Assembly: GCA_964016885.1 (NCBI GenBank)
Contig: OZ024741.1
Location: 398,722,001-398,786,000, forward strand
From: Eledone cirrhosa
Taxonomy: Eukaryota
Direction: 5' to 3'
Length of the DNA: 64,000 nt
Shown: piece after piece, positions 43,401-53,390 of the stretch
Layout: each line of letters opens with the position of its first letter
How positions within the stretch are numbered: position 1 is the first letter of the stretch
Program-made: the position numbers and the translations under genes
Notes under the pieces: model-generated
What the model saw: only the letters and a program-made list of their open reading frames with translations
Told to the model about the DNA's origin: nothing
Database searches by the model: none

Positions 43401-46400
43401 CCATGTCTAACTTAGTAACAGTCTAACTTAGCCCTGGCCATGTATAACTTAATAACAGTCTAACTTAGCCCTGGCCATGTCTAACTTAATAACAGTCTAA
43501 CTGAGCCCTGGCCATGTCTAACTTAGTAACAGTCTAACTTAGCCCTGGCCATGTCTAACTTAGTAATACTCTAACTTAGCCTTGGCCATGTCTAACTTAG
43601 TAACAGTCTAACATATCCCTGGCCATGTCTCACTTAATAACAGTCTAACTTAGCCCTGGCCATGTCTAACTTAATAACAGTCTAATTGAGCCCTGGCCAT
43701 GTCTAACTTAGTAATAGTCTAACTTAGCTCTGGCCATGTCTAACTGAATAACAGTCTAACTTAGCACCGGCCATGCCTAACTTAGTAATAGTCTAACTTT
43801 GCCCTGGCCATGTCTAACTTAGTAACAGTCTAACTTAGCCCTGGCCATGTATAACTTACTAACAGTCTAACTTAACCCTGGCCATGTCTAACCTAATAAC
43901 AGTCTAACTTAGCCATGGCCATGTCTAACTCAATAACAGTCTAACTTAGCCCTGGCCATGTCTAACATAGTAACAGTCTAACTTAGCCCTGGCCATGTCT
44001 AACTTAGTAATAGTCTAACTTAGCCCTGGCCATGTCTAACTTAATAACAGTCTAACTGAGCCCTGGCCATGTCTAACTTAGTAACAGTCTAACTTAGCCC
44101 TGGCCAAGTCGAACTTAGTAATAGTCTAACTTAGGCTTGGCCATGTCTAACTTAGTAACAGTCTAACTTATCCCTGGCAATGTCTCACTTAATAACTGTC
44201 TAACTTAGCCCTGGCCATGTCTAACTTAAAAACAGTCTAACTGAGCCCTGGCCATGTCTAACATAATAAGAGTCTAACTTAGCCTTGACCATGTCTAACT
44301 TAATAACAGTCTAACTTAGACCTGGCCATGTCTAACTTAGTAACAGTCTAACTTAGCCCTAGCCATGTCTAACTTAGTAATAGTCTAACTTAGCCTTGGC
44401 CATGTCTAAGTTAGTAACAGTCTAACTTAGCCTTGGCCATGTCTAAGTTAATAACAGTCTAAATTAGCCCTGGTCATGTCTAATTTAATAACAGTCTAAC
44501 TTAGCCCTGGCCATGTCTAGCTTAATAACAGTCTAACTTAGCTCTGGCCATGTCTAACTTAGTAATAGTCTAACTTAGCCCTGTCCATGTCTAACTTAAT
44601 AACAGTCTAACTGAGCCCTGGCAATGTATAACTTAATAATAGTCTAACTTAGCCCTGGCCATGTCTAACTTAGTAACAGTCTAACTTAGCCCTGGCCATG
44701 TCTAACTTAATAACGGTCTAAATTATCCCTGGCCATGTCTAACCTAATAACTGTCCAGCTTAGACATGGCCATGTCTAACTCAATAACAGTCTAACTTAG
44801 CCCTGTCCATGTCTAACATAGTAACAGTCTAACTTAGCCCTGCCCATGTCTAACTTAATAACAGTCTAACTTAGCTCTGGCTATGTCTAACATAATAACA
44901 GTCTAACTTAGCCCTGGCCATGTCTAACTTAGTAATAGTCTAATTTAGCCCTGGGCATGTCTAAATAAATAATAGTCTAACTTAGCCTTGGCCATGTCTA
45001 ACTTAAAAACTGTCCAAATTATCCCTGGCCATGTCTAACTTAGTAATAGTCTAACTGAGCCCTGGCCATGTCTAACTTATTAATAGCCTAACTTAGCTTT
45101 GGCCATGTCTCACTTAGTAACAGTCTAACTTATCCCTGGCCATGTCTAACTTAATAACAGTCTAACTTAGCCCTGACCATGTCTAACTTAATAACAGTCT
45201 AAATTATCCCTGGCCATGTCTAACTTAGTAATAGTCTAACTTAGTCCTGGCCATGTCTAACTTAATAATAGTCTAACTTAGCCTTGGCCATGTCTAACTT
45301 AATAACAGTCTAAATTATGCCTGGTCATGTCTAACTTAGTAACAATCTAACTTAGCCCTGGCCATGTCTAACTTAATAACAGTCTAACTCAGCCCTGGCC
45401 ATGTCTAACCTAATAACAGTTTAAATTATCGCTGGCCATGTCTAACTTAGTAACAGTCTAACTTAGCCCCGGCCATGTCTAACCTAATAACAGTCTAACT
45501 TAGCCTTGGCCATGTCTAACTTAGTAACAGTCTAACTTAGCCATGGCCATGTCTCACTTAATAACAGTCTAACTTAGCCCTGGCCATGTCTAACTTAGTA
45601 ATAGTCTAACTTAGACCTGGCCATGTCTAACTTAATAACAGTCTAACTTAGCCTTGGCCATGTCTAACTTAATAACAGTCTAAATTAGCCCTAGCCATGT
45701 CTAACTTAGTTATAGTCTACCTTAACCTTGACCATGTCTAACTTAGTAACAGTCTAACTTAGCCCTGGACATGTCTAACTTATTAATAGTCTAACTTAGC
45801 CCTGGCCATGTCTAACTTAGTAACAGTCTAACTTAGTAACAGTCTAACTTAGGAACAGTCTAACTTAGTGACAGTCTAACTTAGACCCGGCCATGTCTAA
45901 CTTAGTAACAGTCTAATTTAGCCCTGGCCATGTATACTTAGTAACAGTCTAACTTAGGCCTGGCCATGTCTAACTTAGTAACAGTCTAACTTAGCCATGG
46001 CCATGTCTAACTTAATAACAGTCTAACTTAGCTATGGAGATGTCTAACTTAATAACATTCTAACTTAGCCCTGACCATGTCTAAATTAGTAAGAGTATAA
46101 CTTAACCCTGGCCATGTCTAACTAAATAACAGTCTAACTTAGCCCTGGCCATGTCTAACTTAGTAACAGTCTAACTTAGGCCTGGCCATGTCTAACTTAG
46201 TAACAGTCTAACTTAGCCCTGGCCATGTCTAACTTAGTAATAATCAAACTTAGCCTTGGCCATGTCTAACTTAGTAACAGTCTAACTTAGCCTTGGTCAT
46301 GTCTAACCTAATAACAGTCTAAATTAGTCCTGGCGATGTCTAACTTAGTAATAGTCTAACTTAGCCCTGACCATGTCTAACTTAATAACAATCTAACTTA

Positions 46401-49400
46401 GCCCTGTCCATGTCTAACTTATTAATAGTCTAACTTAGACCTGGCCATGTCCAACTTAGTTAAATCTAACTTAACCCTGGCCATGTCTAACTTAATAACA
46501 GTCTAACTTAGATCTGGCTATGTCTAACATAATAACAGTCTAACTTAGCCCTCGCCATGTCTAACTTAGTAATAGTCTAATTTAGCCCTGGGCATGTCTA
46601 AATAAATAATAGTCTAACTTAGCCTTGGCCATGTCTAACTTAATAACAGTCTAACTTAGCCTTGGCCATGTCTAAATTAATAACAGTCTAAATTAGCCCT
46701 GGCCATGTCTAACTTAGTAATAGTGCAACTTAGCCCTGACCATGTCTAACTTAATAACAGCCTAACTTAGCCCTGTCCATGTCTAACTTAGTAATAGTAT
46801 AACTTAACCCTGGCCATGTCTAACTTATAACAGTGTAACTTAGCACTGGCCATGTCTAACTTAATAACAGTCTAACTTAGCCCTGGCCATGTCTAACTCA
46901 GTAATAGTCTAACTTAGCCTTGGCGATGTCTAAATTAGTAACAGTCTAACTTAGCCCTGGCCATGTCTCACTTAAAAACAGTCTAACTTAGCCCTGGCCA
47001 GGTCTAACTTAATAACAGTCTAACTTAGCTATGGAGATGTCTAACTTAATAACATTCTAACTTAGCCCTGACCATGTCTAAATTAGTAAGAGTATAACTT
47101 AACCCTGGACATGTCTAACTAAATAACAGTCTAACTTAGCCCTGGCCATGTCTAACTTAATAACACTCTAACTTAGCCCTGACCATGTCTAACTTAATAA
47201 CAGTCTAACTTAGCCCTGGCCATGTCTAACTTAGTAACAGTCTAACTTAGGCCTGGCCATGTCTAACTTAGTAACAGTCTAACTTAGCCCTGGCCATGTC
47301 TAACTTAGTAATAGTCTAACTTAGCCTTGGCCATGTCTAACTTAGTAACAGTCTAACTTAGCCTTGGCCATGTCTAACTTAGTAACAGTCTAACTTAGCC
47401 CTAGCCATGTCTAACTTAATAACAGTCTAACTTAGCCCTGGCCATGTCTAACTTAATAACAGTCTAACTTAGCCCTGGCCATGTCTAACTTAGTAATAGT
47501 CTAACTTAGCCTTGGCCATGTCTAACTTAGTAATAGTCTAACTTAGCCTTGGCCATGTCTAAGTTAATAACAGTCTAAATTAGCCCTGGTCATGTCTAAC
47601 TTAATAACAGTCTAACTCAGCCCTGGCCATGTCTAGCTTAATAACAGTCTAACTTAGCCCTGGCCATGTATAACTTAATAATAGTCTAACTTAGCCCTGG
47701 CCATGTCTAACTTAATAACAGTCTAACTGAGCCCTGGCAATGTATAACTTCATAATAGTCTAACTTAGCCCTGGCCATGTCTAACTTAATAACAGTCTAA
47801 ATTATCACTGGCCATGTCTAACCTAATAACTGTCCAACTCAGACATGGCCATGTCTAACTCAATAACAGTCTAACTTAGCCCTGTCCATGTCTAACATAG
47901 TAACAGTCTAACTTAGCCCTGCCCATGTCTAACTTAGTAATAGTCTAACTTAGCCTTGGTCATGTCTAACTTAGTTAAAGTCTAACTTAACCCTGGCCAT
48001 GTCTAACTTAATAACAGTCTAACTTAGCTGTGGCCATGTCTAACATAATAACAGTCTAACTTAGCCCTGGCCATGTCTAACTTAGTAATAGTCTAATTTA
48101 GCCCTGGGCATGTCTAAATAAATAATAGTCTAACTTAGCCTTGGCCATGTCTAACTTAATAGTCTAACTTAGCCTTGGCCATGTCTAAATTAATAACAGT
48201 CTAAATTAGCCCTGGCCATGTCTAACTTAGTAATAGTGCAACTTAGCCCTGACCATGTCTAACTTAATAACAGCCTAACTTAGCCCTTGTCCATGTCTAA
48301 CTTAGTAATAGTATAACTTAACCCTGGCCATGTCTAACTTATAACAGTCTAACTTAGCACTGGCCATGTCTAACTTAATAACAGTCTAACTTAGCCCTGG
48401 CCATGTCTAACTTAGTAATAGTCTAACTTAGCCTTGGCGATGTCTAAATTAGTAACAGTCTAACTTAGCCCTGGCCATGTCTCACTTAATAACAGTCTAA
48501 ATTAACCCTGGCCATGTCTAACTCAGTAATAGTCTAACTTAGCCCTGACCATGTCTAACTGAATAACATTCTAACTTAGCCCTGACCATGTCTAACTTAG
48601 TAATAGTCTAACTTAGCCCTGGCCATGTCTAACTTAATAACAGTCTAACTTTGTCCTGGCCATGTCTAACTTAGTAACAGTCTAACTTAGCCCTGGCCAT
48701 GTATAACTTAATAACAGTCTAACTTAGCCCTGGCAATGTTTAACTTAATAACAGGCTAACTTAGCCCTGGCCATGTCTAACTTAGTAACAGTCTAACTTA
48801 GCCCTGGGCATGTCTAACTTAGTAACAGTCTAACTTAGCCTTGGCCATGTCTAACTTAGTAACAGTCTAACTTAGCCTTGGCCATGTCTAACTTAATAAC
48901 AGTCTAAATTAGACCTGGCCATGTCTAATTTAGTAATAGTCTAACTCAGCCCTGACCATGTCTAACTTAATAACAGTCTAACTTAGCCCTGGCCATGTCT
49001 AACTTAGTAATAGTATAACTTAACCCTGGCCATGTCTAACTTATAACAGTCTAACTTAGCCCTGGCCATGTCTAACTTAATAATAGTCTAACTTAGCCCT
49101 GGCCATGTCTAACTTAATAACAGTCTAAATTATCCCTGGCCATGTCTAACATAGTAACAGTCTAACTTAGCCCTGGCCATGACTAACTTAATAACAGTTT
49201 AAATTATCCCTGGCCATGTCTAACTTAGTAACAGTCTAACTTAGCCCTGGCCATGTCTAACTTAGTAACAGTCTAACTTAGCCCTGGCCATGTCTAACTT
49301 AATAACAGTCTAACTTAACCCTGGCCTTGTCTAACTTAGTAATAGTCTAACTTAGCCTTGGCCATGCCTAACTTAGTAATAGTCTAACTTTGCCCTGGCC

Positions 49401-51512
49401 ATGTCTAACTTATAACAGTCTAACTTAGCACTGGCCATGTCTAACTTAATAACAGTCTAACTTAGCCCTGGCCATGTCTAACTTAGTAATAGTCTAACTT
49501 AGCCTTGGCGATGTCTAAATTAGTAACAGTCTAACTTAGCCCTGGCCATGTCTCACTTAATAACAGTCTAACTTAGCCCTGGCCAGGTCTAACTTAATAA
49601 CAGTCTAAATTAACCCTGGCCATGTCTAACTTAGTAATAGTCTAACTTAGCCCTGACCATGTCTAACTGAATAACATTCTAACTTAGCCCTGACCATGTC
49701 TAAGTTAGTAATAGTCTAACTTAGCCCTGGCCATGTCTAACTTAATAACAGTCTAACTTTGTCCTGGCCATGTCTAACTTAGTAACAGTCTAACTTAGCC
49801 CTGGCCAGGTATAACTTAATAACAGTCTAACTTAGCCCTGGCAATGTTTAACTTAATAACAGTCTAACTTAACCCTGGCCATGTCTAACTTAGTAACAAT
49901 CTACCTTAGCCCTGGGCATGTCTAACTTAGTAACAGTCTAACTTAGCCTTGGCCATGTCTAACTTAGTAACAGTCTAACTTAGCCTTAGCCATGTCTAAC
50001 TTAATAACACTCTAAATTAGACCTGGCCATGTCTAATTTAATAATAGTCTAACTCAGCCCTGACCATGTCTAACTTAATAACAGTCTAACTTAGCCCTGG
50101 CCATGTCTAACTTAGTAATAGTATAACTTAACCCTGGCCATGTCTAACTTATAACAGTCTAACTTAGCCCTGGCCATGTCTAACTTAATAATAGTCTAAC
50201 TTAGCCCTGGCCATGTCTAAATTAATAACAGTCTAAATTATCCCTGGCCATGTCTAACATAGTAACAGTCTAACTTAGCCCTGGCCATGACTAACTTAAT
50301 AACAGTTTAAATTATCCCTGGCCATGTCTAACTTAGTAACAGTCTAACTTAGCCCTGGCCATGTCTAACTTAGTAACAGTCTAACTTAGCCCTGGCCATG
50401 TCTAACTTAACCCTGGCCTTGTCTAACTTAGTAATAGTCTAACTTAGCCTTGGCCATGCCTAACTTAGTAATAGTCTAACTTTGCCCTGGCCATGTCTAA
50501 CTTAGTAACAGTCTAACTTAGCCCTGGCCTTGTCTAACTTAGTAATAGTCTAACTTAGCCTTGGCCATGCCTAACTTAGTAATAGTGTAACTTTGTCCTG
50601 GCCATGTCTAACTTATAACAGTCTAACATAGCACTGGTCATGTCTAACTTAATAACAGTCTAACTTAGCCCTGGCCATGTCTAACTTAGTAATAGTCTAA
50701 CTTAGCCTTGGCGATGTCTAAATTAGTAACAGTCTAACTTAGCCCTGGCCATGTCTCACTTAATAACAGTCTAACTTAGCCCTGGCCAGGTTTAACTTAA
50801 TAACAGTCTAAATTAACCCTGGCCATGTCTAACTTAGTAATAGTCTAACTTAGCCCTGACCATGTCTAACTGAATAACATTCTAACTTAGCCCTGACCAT
50901 GTCTAACTTAGTAATAGTCTAACTTTGCCCTGGCCATGTCTAACTTAGTAACAGTCTAACTTAGCCCTGGCCATCTATAACTTAATAACAGTCTAACTTA
51001 TCCCTGGCCATGTCTAACTTAATAACAGTCTAATTTAGCCCTGGCCATGTCTAACTTAATAACAGTCTAAATTAGCCGTGGCCATGTCTAACTTATTAAT
51101 AGCCTAACTTAGCCCTGACTATGTCTAACTTAATAACAGTTTAACTTAGCCCTGGCCATGTCTAACTTAGTAATAGTCTAACTTAGCCCTGGCTATGTCT
51201 AACTTAGTAATAGTCTAACTTAGCCCTGGCCATGTCTAATTTAATAACAGTCTAACTTAGCCCTGGCCATGTCTAACTCAGTAACAGTCTAACTTTGCCC
51301 TGGCCATGCCTAACTTAGTAATAGTCTAACTTTGCGCTGGCCATGTCTAACTTAGTAACAGTCTACCTTAGCCCTGACCATGTCTAACTTAATAATAGTC
51401 TAATTTAGTAACAGTCTAACTCTGCCCTGGCCATGCGTAACTTAGTAATAGTCTAACTTAGCCCTGGCCATGTTCGACTTAATAACAGTCTAACTCAGAC
51501 CTAGCCATGTCT

Positions 51513-51595
51513 AACTCAGACCATAAAGAGCCGTAACTCTAAGCTGCAAACCATGGCGTCCGACCCTCTACCGATACTGCCAATTCACCTCCCTA
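51513..51595 (-). mobile_element. 5' half (tRNA-like head) of a SINE, truncated at the B box and fused to the satellite
   Basis: The reverse complement TAGGGAGGTGAATTGGCAGTATCGGTAGAGGGTCGGACGCCATGG...CTTTATGGTCTGAGTT aligns without gaps to the SINE at 57029-57111 (66/83 identical, hand count). Confidence 0.88.
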
Positions 51596-52086
51596 TAAAA
51601 AAATAATAAAGTAAAATAAGATGAAATAAAATAAAAAAATTAAAAAGGGAAGGAGGTAAAACATGTATAAAAAAGCTAAAAAAAAAGCTATTAAGTTAAT
51701 TATGGCTGACCCTGTACATGGAGGGGGGTGGATATATAATTAGAAATAACATGAGGGGAACATGTTTTTATTTACATCTTATATTTAGGGATGGTCATGT
51801 TCTCCTAATATTGGCAAACAATAGCAAAAACACTCCTCACTGTTTGGTTTATATTTATGAATTCTTATAAAGGAACAAGTTTAAAAAACTAGTGAGTACC
51901 TAAACAAACCATAGTTTGGTAACTTATTTGACAGTTACTTAAATAAACAGATTAATTACTTATTATCTAGTCATTTAATTAACTGTTACTTTGTATATTT
52001 ATTCTAGTCTCTTTGGCAATGATGTTTATAGTAAGATGATATAAATTAGTATATATTTATTTAGTTAGTTTGTGAAGGTGTGTGGC

Positions 52087-52130
52087 ACTGGGATAATTGC
52101 TGGCCTTGTGCCAAAAGTAAAAACAATTAT
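52087..52130 (+). mobile_element. 3'-end fragment of the same SINE family as 57029-57224
   Basis: ACTGGGATAATTGCTGGCCTTGTGCCAAAAGTAAAAACAATTAT versus ACTGGGTAATTGCTGGCCTTGTGCCAAAAGTAGGAACAATTAT at 57180-57222. Confidence 0.85.
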
Positions 52131-52541
52131 GTTAATTAGTTTGTATCATATTATGCTAATTAGTTTTATCACATTATGTTAATTAGTTTGTATCACATGT
52201 CAATTAGTTTGTATCACATTATGCTAATTAGTTTGTATCACATTATGTTAATTAGTTTGTACCACATTATGCTAATTAGTTTGTATCACATTATGCTAAT
52301 TAGTTTGTATCACATTATGATAATTAGTTTGTATCACATTATGTTAATTATTTGTATCACATTATGATAATTAGTTTGTATCACATTATGTTAATTAGTT
52401 TGTGCCACATTATGTTAATTAGTTTGTACCACATTATGTTAATTAGTTTGTATCACATTATGCTAATTAGTTTGTATCACATTATGATAATTAGTTTGTA
52501 TCACATTATGATAATTAGTTTGTATCACATTATGCTAATTA
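52126..52541. repeat. 24-bp AT-rich minisatellite (~17 copies)
   Basis: Unit ATTATG[T/C/A]TAATTAGTTTGTATCAC. It explains the MLISLYHI-repeat ORFs. Confidence 0.97.
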
Positions 52542-52977
52542 CTGCATTTGCTGGCCTATTGGCTGCAATTAAAAAAACATTAAAAAAATCTTCCCTGTGT
52601 CCCCAGGGTTGAATTTAGACGCTGGGAGGCCTGGGGCTCTTCAGGTTTGGAAGGCCCTCATACACAAAAAATTAGAATACACAGCAAACCCCCCCAATTT
52701 TACATATCAAAGCTTGGCACAAGTAACGGGAATTGAAAAGTTATATATACAGGTATTAAAATTCAAAAATTTTAACCATCCTAAAACTAAAAGGTCCAGC
52801 TGAGGGCACCAATAAATTGCTATGGCTGTCGCTGGTGGGGCCCCCACAGCAGGGCGCAATTGTTCCCTCTACCCTCCATTAAATCTGATCCTATGTGTCC
52901 AATATACCCATAACACCGATGGGAGGCTGAACAGACCTTAAATGTGCAGATGTTGAACAATGAAAAAAACAATGAAA

Positions 52978-53214
52978 TCATCATCATCATCACCATCACC
53001 ATAATCTTCATCGTCACCATCATCACCACCATCAACACCACCACTACCATCACCACTACCACCACCACCACCACCACCACCATTTAACATCTATTTTTCC
53101 ATGCTTGCATGGGTTAGACAGGTCACTGACATTATGAGACAAGTCTGGCCAGTTGGCCATACTGTACCTTGCTCAGACAGAACTGTATTTTGGCTGGCTT
53201 TTTACAGTTGGATA
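52978..53214 (-). mobile_element. Degenerate 3' part of a SINE/RTE-type retroposon with an expanded (TGA/TGG)n tail
   Basis: A (CAT/CAC)n run at 52978-53083 is followed directly by TTTAACATCTATTTTTCCATGCTTGCATGGGTTAGACAGG. This is the reverse complement of a ...AACCCATGC.AGCATGGAAAA...GTTAAA(TGA)n 3' end I recall from cephalopod retroposons (recall, not searched). Confidence 0.6.
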
Positions 53215-53390
53215 AAGAAATACCAGTCAAGTACTGAGGTTGATTCTTCCTCTATATCTCTTCCTCACTACCTCTCTATCATTCTCTTTCTCTCTCTTTC
53301 CTTCTCTGGAAGAAATCCGCTGTATTCAGACCTGGAGAGGAGATGAGCTCTGCCAGGTTTAAAAATGCCCGAGAAACGCTGTATGTCAAT

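Larger units (their letters stand above)
1..51521. repeat. 37-bp satellite DNA array (~1,390 monomers; continues beyond the left edge)
   Basis: Consensus GCCCTGGCCATGTCTAACTTA[G/A]TAA[C/T]AGTCTAACTTA repeats head-to-tail in one orientation with no interrupting element seen. The monomer is a 21-bp plus a 16-bp subunit, both starting with GTCTAACTTA. It has a TGGCCA palindrome and no CpG in the consensus. The ORF track has nothing here. Confidence 0.99.

Noticed and set aside
1-51521. CRISPR-like array (37-bp period, constant core with alternating 'spacers')
   Set aside because: There are no unique spacers, only two alternating near-constant linkers. There are no cas genes and the context is eukaryotic.
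1-51521. Telomere-derived repeat (CTAACTTAGCCCT and the TAACCCT variants resemble (CCCTAA)n)
   Set aside because: No tandem TTAGGG/CCCTAA run was seen and the resemblance is short. A subtelomeric or centromeric location cannot be determined from this window.
52176-53083. MLISLYHI-repeat and poly-Val/His ORFs
   Set aside because: They are translations of the 24-bp minisatellite and the (CAC/CAT)n retroposon tail, with no evidence of a gene.
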